Assembly (NCBI GenBank): GCA_965287045.1
Contig: OZ336882.1
Span: 65,100,001-65,164,000 of the forward strand
Direction of reading: 5' to 3'
DNA from: Carcharhinus amblyrhynchos
Lineage: Eukaryota
Length of the DNA: 64,000 nt
The notes beneath the pieces were generated by a model. It searched no databases, was not told where the DNA came from, and saw nothing but the letters and a program-made list of their open reading frames with translations. This document shows, one piece after another, positions 1-11,730 of the stretch. Positions within the stretch are counted from its first letter, which is position 1; every line of letters starts with the position of its first letter. Position numbers and translations under genes: made by a program.

Positions 1-262
1 GAGGGTGCCAGTACTTCGACAGGGTCTGTAGGCCAAGTGGAACTTTCCACACAGTCTCTGTAAATGGCCAGTTAAGGTGAACTAACTGTACTTCAACTGG
101 CTACCTGCTCTTATGGGTAGGTAGCCTTCCACTAACCACTGGTAAATGGCTCAGGGAGGAGGCTGGATGATGCCAGCAAACTGTCATGCCAGCCAGCAAA
201 GTGACTTTTCACGCATTCCAATCTTAATGCTCCCCCCAGGAATGGGGGCAAAAATTCTGTCC
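1..262. mobile_element. End of an old non-autonomous DNA-transposon-like element (Harbinger/MITE-like)
   Basis: Ends in AAAATTCTGTCC, resembling the GGAAAAT..GCC terminal inverted repeat of the MITEs at 40999 and 61746; no coding capacity. Confidence 0.3.
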
Positions 263-325
263 ATTAAATCTGTTTCTCTCCATCAATTCTGCCTGACCTG
301 CTGCGCATTTCCAGCATGTTCATAT
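263..325 (+). mobile_element. 3' half of a short Penelope-derived repeat
   Basis: CTGTTTCTCTCCA..CTGCCTGACCTGCTG..ATTTCCAGCAT is similar to 12150-12222 and 46733-46775. Confidence 0.4.
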
Positions 326-960
326 TTGAATATGTTTTTATGTTAATCAAATAAATTGAATAGTAATATATACATTTAATGCGTATAAACTTTCTTTTCA
401 AAATAAAGAAACGGGGGGGCTTTTTTAATTGTTAGTTAACCCATTAAGATGAACAAATCAGGCCCTTGTCACTATTTTAAATTAAATAATTGCTCTTCAA
501 ATTACACTGTTCCAAGTATGATATGAATCTGAATATGAAGAGACTGCACAAGAAAAAAGAAATTATTTTAGCAAAGCTCTTCAAGAATTCACCTGACTGG
601 CCATTAATAATGCATCTGAACGAAAGGAGCAGGCTTTGAAAAGCACTAAACTGAACCCAATTAAAGCCTACTTCGTTACCAAGGCTCAAGATGTAAAGGC
701 AAGTCTAGCTTAAATTTTTTTCCCCTGTTGCAGTCTGTCTTAATGTAATATTAATGAGGCTGGATGGAGGGGCCATAAAAACTGATAGGTTTGCGATTGT
801 AAATTATAAATCGCTATTGATTTTTCCCGGCACTAACACAGTTGGCTTATTGTAAGCTACTACAGGCACAGTGCACTTTATCAGATTAGGCTGGAGCCTG
901 ATATCAAATATACATGAGAAGGATGCATTCCTGACACAGTTGATTCTGATAAACAACAAT

Positions 961-1238
961 ACACAGATGCACACTTGCGCACGCACACACAGCCCCTCAC
1001 ATACACACACACAAACACACACATATGCGCAGCCCCTCCCATATACACACACACACAGCCCCCTCACAGAAACACTNNNNNNNNNNNNNNNNNNNNNNNN
1101 NNNNNNNNNNNNNNNNNNNNNNNNNNNNNNNNNNNNNNNNNNNNNNNNNNNNNNNNNNNNNNNNNNNNNNNNNNNNNNNNNNNNNNNNNNNNNNNNNNNN
1201 NNNNNNNNNNNNNNNNNNNNNNCACGCACACTCACGCA
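961..1238. repeat. CA-rich simple repeat interrupted by an assembly gap
   Basis: Degenerate (CA)n on both sides of the N run. Confidence 0.9.
1077..1222. other. Assembly gap (146 N)
   Basis: Run of N. Confidence 1.
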
Positions 1239-1640
1239 AGAAAGATCCCACTAGAAAACAAACATTCCACAGATTCAACAAATTTTGACAGAATTGTTAG
1301 AAAACAATTCATAAGGTGAACTGCAATAAAATCACTTAATTCTTGGTGAATACAAAATAGGTACTTTACTTTTCCTTTAAGCCTTTTCAAAAGGTATTTT
1401 GAGTCAAATGAATAGTGTTCACTGGGTTAATTCAATTTTTTTTCGCTCTCTCCTTGTTTTCCCCTCATTCTCCAGTACTATTCCAGAGATGCCCTGCCGT
1501 TGCACCTGGTCATCCTTTCCCAGTGAAACTAGACAGTAATATCCAGTGAAACCATGGAATATATCATAGTCTATTCTCCCATCCACATAAGCACTTTCCA
1601 ACAGGTATCCCAAAGATACATGCAGGATGCAGGATAAGCT

Positions 1641-1954
1641 GGCACGGTGGCACAGTGGTTAGCACTGCTGCCTCACAACACCAGGGACCCAGGTTCGATT
1701 CCAGTCTTGGGTCACTGTCCAAACTGTCTGTGTGGAGTTTGCACGTTCTCCCTGTGTCTGTGCAGGTTTCCTCTGGGTGCTCCAGTTTCTTCCACAGTCC
1801 AAAGATGTGCAGGTTAGGATATTTGACCATGCTAAATTGCCCCAAGTGTCAATTTTTGGGTTAAGGGGGATAGCGTCTGGGTGGCATTGTTGTCAATGCA
1901 GGCTTGATAGGCCAAATGGCCTACTTCTTCACTTTAGAGATTCTATAATTCTAT
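1641..1954 (+). mobile_element. HE1-type V-SINE (tRNA head, V-domain, CR1/HER1-type tail)
   Basis: GGCACGGTGGCACAGTGGTTAGCACTGCTGCCTCAC (A box), GGTTCGATTCC (B box), TGTGGAGTTTGCACGTTCTCC core, tail GGCCAAATGGCCT..TTCTAT. Confidence 0.9.
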
Positions 1955-1957
1955 GTG

Positions 1958-2100
1958 TAGGCCATTCAATCCAGCTAGTTTGCACTTTGATTGAAACCTA
2001 TGCCCTGACATTCAACTACTCAACCAATTCTTGAATGATCCAGATTTATTGGTTTCATTATTTTACCTTGAAGACCATTCCAGATACTGATCACAAAGGA
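1958..2100 (-). mobile_element. Old CR1 LINE 3' fragment
   Basis: Begins with GGCCATTCAATCC (reverse complement of a CR1 3' stem motif); heavily degenerate. Confidence 0.35.
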
Positions 2101-2299
2101 ATGCCATTGCAATGATTTTATTCCCTCTGCCAAGTCTGTGGACAACAGGAATAGTTGTCACATTCTTTTCCCTGCTTCTGGCAAACGTCAGCTGACCCAC
2201 TACAATAGCTTACATTTCTGTAATGCTTCTTGCCTACGAAAAAGCATCCTAGAATGTGGCACACAGCAAATGGAGCAGCAGATAAAGAGTAAAGGAAAA

Positions 2300-2800
2300 A
2301 GCTTCAGAATGAGCAAGGGTAAGGCTAATGAGGAGGACCTTAAGGAGGTTTAGAAAGCACAGAGGGAGACAGCAAAGCAGCAATGCCAAGGAAGGCAGCT
2401 GCAGAGGAAAAAGGAGGCTGAGAAAGTGACTGGTAGTGCAGTAGATGGCACATGGGACAAGAAGTGCTGAAGAACCAGACAGTGCATGGAGGACATAGAT
2501 CACTGAGGTCAAGGAAGATTCTGAGGGCAAAGACAATAATACTCGAGTCAATTCTTTGGGACGCAGGATGTTTAGTGGAGCTTGGTAAAGACTGAGTCAA
2601 CAGGAATGGGAGGGTGAGCAAGGACATGGCCCAAGGTGTTCTGGATCACTTGAGGTTTATGAATAGAAGAAACAATGAGAATAGCAAGAGAACTGTTGTA
2701 AAAAGGCAAGCACAAGGTGTTAAGAGTGTGGGTGATAGTTTCAGCAGAAAAGGAAGAGAGTTGAGGCAATGTTCTGAAATGAAAACCAGGAATATCATTA
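2300..2800 (-). mobile_element. Highly degenerate L2-clade LINE RT fragment
   Basis: Minus-strand translation contains IFLDLSDL (cf. L2 LLDLSAAFD); purine-rich plus strand typical of antisense L2. Confidence 0.45.
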
Positions 2801-3750
2801 ACAGAACAGTTCAGTAAGCCAAGGAATGTGAAGATATGATGATTATAATAATTCACAGGGCTGTACATTGCCTTACTATGCCATGCTATTATTGAAAATG
2901 CCTGTAAAGCATGGCATTAGAAGCAATTTATAGGTATATCAATGGATGCAAACTTCCAGTCTTGAGATATAGGACATTGAAACATTCCCTGTTGTGCTGC
3001 TCTTTGAAGAGTTAATCAATAAAAACATTTACATGACTTTTTGTGAAGAGACAACTTATTTCTGGATAATGATCAGCACAAGACAACAATAAATTTACTT
3101 TATGGGGCTGTTTGTTTTGCATGCATTTTGAATAATAATTTTCTCATTCTGACAGACCTATTTATCTGTGTACACTACCTAAGCAGCGTGTGTCAAGTCA
3201 GGATTTTTTCAAAGTGGTTGCAACTTGTAAATTGGAAATTATGACATCCAAAGTATTTTTTTATAATTTGCCTTCCTCTGCTGAAGGTTCATACATCATA
3301 GTAAATGTTCCACACATGGCGCCACCATTCGGGTGTCCAATCTGCATGTTTGAGCCAAGATGGTGAGCACTGACGAGCTGCTTAACTGCAGGTTGCGTCA
3401 CAGAAATGAAATGCAGACGCATGTATTTCTAGGTTGGGCGGGACTGGTTTTCTTTTTTTCCCTCTCTCCCTGCCCCAGTCAAAGAATTTCTTCCTTTGGA
3501 CTCATGGTAAACAATCACTGAAACAACATCAACAAGTTCCATCCCACCATCAGACTCACCATGGACTAGTCTCCAGAATCAGTTGCATTCTTGGACACAC
3601 ACATCTCCATCAAGGACAGTCACCTCAGCACTTCACTGCACCGCAAGCCCCATGGTAAACTCACGATGTTCTACTTCTCCAGCTTCCACTCTAAACAGGT
3701 TAAAGAAGCCATCCCCTATGGACCAATACCCTTCGTCGTCCAGTCCTTAA

Positions 3751-3831
3751 AATCATAGAATCATAGAACCCTACAGTGCAGAAAGAGGCCCTTTGGCCCA
3801 TCGAGTCTGCGCCAAACACAATCTACCCAGG
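3751..3831 (-). mobile_element. HE1 SINE 3' tail fragment nested in the Penelope element
   Basis: ATCATAGAATCATAGAACCCTACAGTGCAGAAAGAGGCCCTTTGGCCCATC matches 26486-26526; it interrupts the PLE frame between PFVVQ and FPGAEKL. Confidence 0.85.
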
Positions 3832-4630
3832 AGCTTCCCCGGAGCGGAGAAGCTATGACATCTTCTCCGGAGTCTTCAACATATCATTGATGAAGACGAA
3901 CATCTCGCCAAGGCCATCCCCATACCCCCACTTCTTGCCTTCAAACAACCACACAACCTCAAACAGACCATTGTCCGCAGCAAACTACCCAGTCTTCAGG
4001 AGAACAATGACCACGACACCACACAACCTTGACACAGCAACCTCTGCTGGATCATCGACACAGATGCCATCATCTCATGTGAGAACACCATCCACCAGCT
4101 ACACAGAACATACACTTGCAACTCGGCTAACGTCTACTTGATACGCTGCAGGAAAGGATGTCCCGAGGCATGGTACATTGGGGAGACCGTGCAGACGCTA
4201 CGACAATGGATGAATGAAAACCGCTCAACAATCGCCAGGCAAGAGTGTTCTCTTCCTGTTGGGGAACACTTCAGCAGTCACGAGCATTCGGGTAAGCATA
4301 CTCCAAGGCGGCCTTCATGACACACGACAGCGCAGAGCTGCTAAGCAGAGACTGATAGCCAAATTCTGCACACATAAGGACGGCCTCAACCGGGATCTTG
4401 GGTTCATGTCACACCATCTGTAACCCTCACGACTTGCCTGGGCTTGCAAAATCTCACTAACTGTCCTGTCTGGAGACAATACACATCTCTTTAACCTGTG
4501 CTTAACCCTCTCTCCACTCAAATTATCTGTACCTTTAAGACTTGATTACCTGTAAAGACTCGCATTCTAATCATTATCTTGTAAATTGAGTTTGTACCTT
4601 TATATGCCCTGTTCGAGAACTGAAATCCCA

Positions 4631-4668
4631 CTCACCTGACGAAGGAGTAGCACTCCGAAAGTTAGTAG
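4631..4668 (+). ncRNA. Minimal type-I hammerhead ribozyme motif in the Penelope pLTR (probably damaged)
   Basis: CTCAC-CTGACGA-A-GGAGT/AGC/ACTCC-GAAA-GTTA-GTAG: core boxes and stem II intact. The AGCT palindrome and the stem I 3' strand each carry a substitution relative to sister copies. Confidence 0.75.
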
Positions 4669-5299
4669 CTTTTGCTACCAAATAAACTTGTTGGACTTTA
4701 ACCTGGTGTTGTGAGACTTCTTACCCAGTCAAAGAGGCCAACTGCAACATCACGACTGCCCCACATATTGAGATAAGCAAAGCTTGGGTCTAGGAGGATC
4801 CATGGTCTCACTTAGGTGTCAGGCAAGCTCCCAGTTAGCTCTTTATCATCACGAGTGTCACATTTTGGATAAACTGCATGCATCAAAGCTAAGGCTGTAG
4901 TTTAGGGACTGGGCAGCATTTGCTATCAAATTCTACAAATGTTTACAAAAGGTTTTAAATTCATTTTCAGGAGTAACTTTTAAAATATTCCAACATCCAT
5001 GCCAACTCCATTCAATGGGTATAAACTAACATCTTGAACTTTCTCCTGTGACAATCTCTGCAAAGAACACCATTTCTTCAATCTTTACCTCTTGACATGT
5101 CACTCTTAGAAGGAATTTACTAATTGAGTACAACCACTACACTCTGTCTCGTCAAGCTACAGTTGCTTCCAAAGCTTATAACTGTGGTGACACCAAATGG
5201 AGTTTTCAGAAGGAGACACAGTCTTGATCTTTTGAGAGATTTTCAGCTGTGGCCCCCATCAAGAATTATGAAAGTTACCCAACTGAGGCAAATGAGTTC

Positions 5300-5900
5300 A
5301 AGTGAAGGACAAAGTTCAAAGAAACCAGGCTACCAAAATAGAGGCTGGACTACTAAATTTCAGGCACTTGGTTAGTTCATTTTGTTAGGTTGCTGGCTGT
5401 GACAACAAATGTGATTTTGCATCTGTGAGGGGTTTGGATTGGAAATGGATTCACTGGGCCACTTCAGGTCTTGGCTGGCACAGTGCTTTTGTTGTGCTGT
5501 TTTTGATTTCAAAGCTAGTGTAGTTCCGAGTATTCCTGGTGATGATTAATTCAATCACGTTTAACTCATTCATACATTGTTCTTGGTCAGATTAACACCA
5601 CTATTAAAATAGACAGATGACTTTGATTCAAGTGCATTAGCCTATGTGTTATAATACCACTGACAGTAGTTTCCGGCATATGGAGATCAGGCAATAGGAA
5701 GTCTTAAGATTTTAGCCAACACACACCACAAAGTGCGAAGGCACAAATTAGGCTTTCAAAAGGCAAGATGCAAATTACAGACAGAAAAGATTGGTAGCAC
5801 AAGTCAAGTGATGGTCTTGCACCAGATGCCCAGGCTGGGAGTGATAAAACTCTTCAGAAACCTGCGAACAAGTTCCCTACCAGCCTTCTCATCTGTGGGA
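5300..5900 (+). mobile_element. Very old Gypsy-like LTR retrotransposon RT relic
   Basis: Colinear weak motifs across frames: CICEGF (RICGDF), ISKL (FSKLD), QINTT (TINTH), SSALA (SSAPA), KVRRHKLGFQKARCK (RLREAGLRLKKEKCK), SSDGLAPDAQ..LQKPANK (SAEGIKPDPE..MPAPTN). By-eye comparison only. Confidence 0.45.
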
Positions 5901-6894
5901 GCAGGACACAGGGTAAACAACACCTAGCAGAAAAAGAGTGGGAAAACTCTCAGTGAGAAATAGCATTCAATAACAAACACCTTCCCTCTGGAAACCTTTA
6001 AATATCAAACAGTACAATTACGCAGAGTCCTGATTTACAGCTTTGGTGAGTGTCAATCAATCGCTATTAGTTGACTCAATTACTACTAGTTGAGTAAAAA
6101 AGAGATACTTTAAATCAAGTGGCTTTATTCCAACTAGCAATCCTTTGTGCAGGCTGTCTGCCTTTGGACCAGCATGCATGTTTAGAAGCATTCCTCCTCA
6201 CATGCTAATGACTATTGGCACTCCTTATGTAAACATTTTAACACTTCACAGTCTCTCTTAGCTTATCGCGACGTGTTGCCACCAGGCCAGCCACATTCTT
6301 TTGTGAAGTGCCACTTGAGACTGGGAACTGGCACTGGGGGCTTCCCATCATATAAAAGAACAACTCTTGTGTCTCAGCTGGCGTGAAGAGAGACATGATG
6401 CGCCAAAACCTGGCAAATTCCTCCTGCTGCCATTTGTTTATTGGCAGGTCATTAACAAACAAAATAATTATCGTAAAAATCGTTGGCTTCAGTTCACTCG
6501 TGCTGGCGTAATGTGTCTGCAGAAGATTATTAGGAGTTGAGGGGTGCAAAGAGAAGCAGCCAAACAGCAACACTCTCACCAGACTGCGATGTAAAAATCC
6601 CACTCTCTATAAACATCAAAGTGCTGAAGAATAACATCATTAAGTGCTTAGATCCCAGTCAGATGAGACATCGCTCTCCACAGGGGCCTCCCTCAATTAG
6701 AACCTGCTGGATGCTTTTTTGACTGTCACAATTGGATTACATTCTTTGGGCAATTTTGTCCTTTTCCTTCCTGTTCTCCTGAATTCTTCAGCCACTGTAT
6801 GGTCAATTCCATGGATACCCTCCAAAATGAAAATCAGCACCCTTATGTTTTTGGTTCTAGATAGGGAATATCAGCAAACTCTTTACCTTACACT

Positions 6895-7062
6895 AAGTTG
6901 ATACTTCTCTACACCCTAGTTATGACTGTAACACTACATTCTGCACGCTCTCCTTTCCTTCTCTAGGAATTATAGGCTTAGTCTGTATAGCATGCAAGAA
7001 ACAATACTTCTCACTGTATACTAATACATGTGACAACATAAATCAAAACAAATCAAAACAAC
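6895..7062 (+). mobile_element. Rex1/Babar LINE 3' end
   Basis: Closely matches 55130-55290, which follows a Rex1 RT C-terminus; ends in an (AATCA)n-like tail. Confidence 0.8.
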
Positions 7063-9670
7063 TATCATTGCCAAACACAGTCATGTTCCAAACATACTAG
7101 ACTTCGAAGCAAAAGTGCAGGTTGATAATTTATGCTGTCACTCTGAGATGCTGAGATCAATCTAGCACTCCTGTCTCTGGTCAAACTAAGATCAGCTGGC
7201 CCAACACAGATTCGTGATATCTTGCTCTCTATCCCTCTTAGTGGTTTACTCACGGTGGGAGTTTTTTTTCTGACAACACAAGCTCATATCCTAGGTTGTT
7301 ACATAGGTCAGAATGTAAAGCAAGGTTTGCAATACAGATTGCCATCATGATGTCCCAGTAATGTAGTTTTAGGATAGATTTTGCACTTGCTCACTGAGCC
7401 TTCGTCCTATATTCCCACAAGAATCTCTCTCAAATTCTGTATGTGAATCTAAATACTGACACACTCTGTTAGATCTTCTGAATCCTACAGGTTACTGTGG
7501 TTTTGTCAGATCCCACAAGACATAACTTATAGAGAGACACACAAGATTTTCAAAGGTGCTGTTTTAACTCTTTAAGGGTAAAGTTGGGGATGTTAAGCAA
7601 GCCCCGAGATACCCCACAACCTCTGATATAAAATACCAGACTAATGTCACCCTCCTGTAAAACAGAAAGGATAAAGCAAACCCTTTCTGTTGTACATCCC
7701 TATAGCTATAACTATAGCTCTCTCAGATACTGTACCAAGATGCTTTTCTCTTTCTGTTAGAAAGGCCATCTCAGATGCTCTCTTTATCATGAGCATTCAT
7801 AACTAAATTAAGTTCCAGGGCAAATTTGAATAAATTTACTCCTCTATTACAGAATACAAAGAAAAATTATACCATTTAGCTGGTGAAGGGAGTAAGAGTT
7901 GGAGATATCGCGATGAAACTGTAGCACCAATTCTCCAATATTGTTTCTTTTTTCAAATCTCAAAGGAAATGCGCATTCAGTTTATCCACAGTCTGATAGA
8001 CAAATACATATCAGCCATTGGCAGGGAGCTACGATTAAATTCCATTATTAAGGTATATTTAACAAGTTGCTCAATTCCAGAAAGACAATGCAATACAAAC
8101 TTCCCTCATTATTCACCCATATTTATTCCATCACACAATGTGTTTACTTTTGATGGACCAATGCAGCAGCTGATTGGAAAAATGTGAGAGACCCATTCCC
8201 TGAACATCTTTGGTATTACCAACATCAGACATTAAACCTGCTTTCATGTACTTAGCCGAACCATCGCATGGGATCCAAAACAAACGTGCCATGCTTCATG
8301 GGGGGAGAATGGCCTGCTTTCTGCTGACTGCAGCCCATTCACATAAAATCTATTTTAGGACTTCAGGTCAACCCCTTTTAAGAACCTATATAATGCCAAA
8401 GTAAAAAGCCAATGTGCTCTTTTTTTGGAAGAGAGACTTTATCAAGGATTAATGCTTCACTCAGCAACCAAATAAAACACGATGATTTGTACAGTGTAGG
8501 CATCAATAAAATATACAGTAAAATTCCATAGACGCCTCTATTTTCCACATCTATCAGCTTATGCATTAAAATGCTTTGCAGGCTACTGCATTTAAGCAGA
8601 TTTCCACATTTACAATTTACTACTGAATCACTTTCCACCTAATAAACCAACTACACTCAAAGAAATAAACTTCAATTAAAACCACTCATTATATTTCTTA
8701 CCCTGACAAGATTAATGGCCAGAGTTTTATATGACTGTTGATACATTTATTGGAACTATTTTTCTAAGCTTAAAGACTGTCCGGATTCCACCTCAAGGCA
8801 GTGAGATCTGTTTCCATTATCAGTTGAGGGTTCTCCAGAGTGCTATTGATTGGGCTGTGATGGGACACTTCGAGGACAAGGCAAAACTAATTAAGCAGTG
8901 AGCACAAGGAATTGTACCTTCAATACTGTTTGAAGCTGCATTTAATTACTGCGTGGATAAAACAACATAGACCCCAGCATGCATTTGTTACGGTATAAAT
9001 GTACTACTCTGTAATATTGACTGGAAACCTACTGTTTGATCTAACATTGGGGACTGCTACCCTGAGGTGTCTGAAAAAAACAGAATGAAGTCGGCAGCAA
9101 TGAGCTGTGTGATGTTTGTGTTTGTATATGCACATCGGAAATTCAACAAAACACATCAAGCACAGCTCCAGACTTGGACTCCCGAGTAGGAGAATAAAGC
9201 AAGGCCACACCCCTGTATCACAGTTAAGTTAGATGTCTCCACAGAAGCTGTAGGTGCTTTGTTTGGGGTTCAGCAAGAGGTGGCTAACCCTGTGCAACTC
9301 ACCCAAAGCAGCAATGTCTCACATGGTCAGCCAGGGCAGCAGGCATCAAAGTGAGAATCAATCAAGGTAGTTGTGCAACAGTTAAGGCTTAGTTCACACC
9401 CACATGGTCTCACTGTCCATTGGCAGTATGTGTGCTCAACTGTAACGTCCCTGATGGATGGAGACTACCAAGTGAAACAATAGGCTACTGCAGTATTCCC
9501 ACATCAACCACCAGCCACCCAATCAAAGCAGTAACGGCAGGCTCACGGTTCTGTTAAAACACTTGCATACTCGTAGAAGCAGCAATATTCAGGAAAAGTG
9601 AATAGTACCCCCTTCCCCTTATTCGAAAATAGAATTCTGTCCTGTAACAGCAACCAGCCACTATGTGGAA

Positions 9671-10832
9671 TCTGTGATTCGGTGTGGGGTATCGGTGATT
9701 CGGTGTGGGGTATTGGTGATTCGACACCCTGCACCGAATCACTGACACCCCGCACCGAATCACTGATACCCTGCACCGAATCACCGATACCCCGCACCGA
9801 ATCACCGATACCCCGCACCGAATCACCGATACCCCGCACCGAATCACCGATACCACGCACCGAATCACCGATACCACGCACCGAATCACCGATACCCTGC
9901 ACCGAATCACCGATGCACCGCACCGAATCACCAATACCCTGCACCGAATCACCGATACCCTGCACCGAATCACCGATACCCCGCACCGAATCACCGATAC
10001 ACCGCACCGAAGTTGAGCGGGGTATCGGTGATTCGGTGCAGGGTATCGGTGATTCAGTGCGGGGTATCGGTGATTCAGTGCGGGGTATCGGTGATTCGGT
10101 GCGGCGAATCAGTGATTCGGTGCGGGGTATCGGTGATTCGGTGCAGGGTATCGGTGATTCGGTGCAGGGTATCGGTGATTCAGTGCAGGGTATCGGTCAT
10201 TCGGTGTGGGGTATCGGTGATTCGGTGCGGTGTATCGGTCATTTGGTGTGGTGTATCGGTGATTCGGTGCGGGGTATCGGTGATTCGGTGCGGGGTATCG
10301 GTGATTCGGTGCAGTGTATCGGTGATTCGGTGCGGGGTATCGGTGATTCGGTGCGGGGTATCGGTGATTCAGTGGGGGGTATCGGTGATTCGGTGCGGGG
10401 TGTCGGTGATTCAGTGCGGGGTATCGGTGATTCAGTGCGGGGTGTCGGTGATTCAGTGCGGGGTGTCGGTGATTCAGTGCAGGGTGTCGGTGATTCAGTG
10501 CGGGGTATCGGTGATTCATTGCAGGGTATCGGTGATTCAGTGCGGGGTATCGGTGATTCAGTGCAGGGTATCGGTGATTCAGTGCGGGGTATCGGTGATT
10601 CAGTGCGGGGTATCGGTGATTCATTGCAGGGTGTCGGTGATTCAGTGCAGGGTATCGGTGATTCAGTGCGGGGTATCGGTGATTCAGTCCAGGGTGTTGG
10701 TGATTCAGTGCGGGGTATCGGTGATTCAGGTGAGGTATCAGTGATTCAGGTGGGGTATCAGTGATTCAGTGTGGGCTATCGGTGATTCAGGTGGGGTATT
10801 CTCGATTCAATGTGGGGTATCAGTGATTCAGT
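9671..10832. repeat. 21-bp minisatellite (GGTATCGGTGATTCGGTGCGG)n, ~55 units, with inverted block 9722-10011
   Basis: About 2.5 forward units, ~14 reverse-complement units, a GTTGA linker, then ~39 forward units decaying at the 3' end. Confidence 0.97.
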
Positions 10833-10865
10833 GGCTATTATTGAAGATCACTGATGTAATTGTAA

Positions 10866-10960
10866 TAGAACATAGAACACTACAGCACAAACAGGCCCTT
10901 CAGCCCACAAGTTGTGCCGATCATATCCCCACGTACTCATCCAGAAGTCTCTCAAATGTC
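10866..10960 (-). mobile_element. 3' end of the same CR1 family as 37002-38800
   Basis: TAGAACATAGAACACTACAGCACAAACAGGCCCTTCAGCCCACAAGTTG and TACTCATCCAGAAGTCT match 37002-37127, with an internal deletion. Confidence 0.85.
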
Positions 10961-11479
10961 TTAGATGGAGGCAATGTCCATTTTTAAGTAAATAACTCCA
11001 TTTGGAATTGTCAGCAGTTTCTGATTTCCTAAGATTGTGATTTACACAGTGCATGAGAAAGCCAGTACCAGCGTTCTTTAGCAACAGCAGGTAATAACAT
11101 CAAGCTGGTGTTAATGTTGTAAACCAGCCTTGTAAGCAAACTGCAACTTCATGAGGTTGTGAATGAGAAGTGACAGGCAGCAATCAAAACTGCTTTTACA
11201 CTTTAGGAATGCAGCCATCTGCAGACCCCATGCACCTCCACCAGAGCTTGAGCTTCTGCAGTCAGGATTTGTGTGAGGGAGCAAATCCAGAAGGCAGCCC
11301 TCTGCTTGTCAAAGAGATGGCCCATTCCCGAATCCAGGCATTACAGCAGGAGAACAGCACATGGAGGTCACTCGCTCTGCTCAGTCTGAATGCAGGTAGC
11401 AAAGCAGATATGTGCCATGAGGCATCACTGAGGCAAACAATTAGCCATTATATAATCAACAACTCATCCAATAATTAAT

Positions 11480-11730
11480 AAAGAACTAAACAATTCACAA
11501 TAGAGATTTCAGAAGAAACTTCTTTAACCAGAGAATGTGGCACTCGCTACCAAAGCAGTGGCTGACATGAATATCTTAGATTCATTTAAGGGGATGTACG
11601 AAAAACAACAGAATGGAAGATTAGGTTGAAAGAAAGAGGTGGATAGTGTGGGAGGAGGTTTGTGTGGAACATTCACACATGCCTAATCAGTTGGTTTGAA
11701 TAGTCAGGTCCTGTATTGTGTATGTATGCA
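11480..11730 (+). mobile_element. Old CR1 LINE 3' fragment
   Basis: AGAAACTTCTTTAACCAGAGAATGTGG..TCATTTAAGG (RNFF..R..W..F motif of the CR1 ORF2 end). Confidence 0.6.

Larger units (their letters stand above)
3486..4723 (+). mobile_element. 5'-truncated Penelope-like retroelement (RT C-terminus + GIY-YIG endonuclease + pLTR end), disrupted
   Basis: Frames read FFLWTHG..INKFHPTIRLTMD*SPESVAFLDT..LSTSLHRKP..AIPYG (PLE RT), PPLLAFKQPHNLKQTIVRSKLP, then YLIRCRKGCPEAWYIGETVQTLRQWMNE..VGEHF..GLNRD (GIY-YIG). Direct repeat CCCAGTCAAAGA at 3474-3485 and 4724-4735 is the TSD. Confidence 0.93.

Noticed and set aside
1476-1604. Strong polypyrimidine tract + AG and a downstream CAG|GTAT suggesting an exon
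   Set aside because: Stops in all three frames; the sequence resembles the antisense end of an old SINE (cf. 14635-14720).
1641-1715. tRNA gene
   Set aside because: The A and B boxes belong to SINE heads that run straight into the V-domain; no complete cloverleaf. The same applies to the other SINE heads.
3370-3415. CTGACGA followed by a short stem, a possible hammerhead
   Set aside because: No GAAA directly after the stem and no stem I.
9543-10764. Long ORFs (388 aa, 243 aa and others) with GIGDSVR/TESPIPR repeats
   Set aside because: The 21-bp unit is 7 codons and stop-free in several frames on both strands. There is no unique domain or splice context, so this is a repeat artefact.
9671-10832. 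CRISPR-like array
   Set aside because: Units are head-to-tail with no unique spacers, and the context is eukaryotic.
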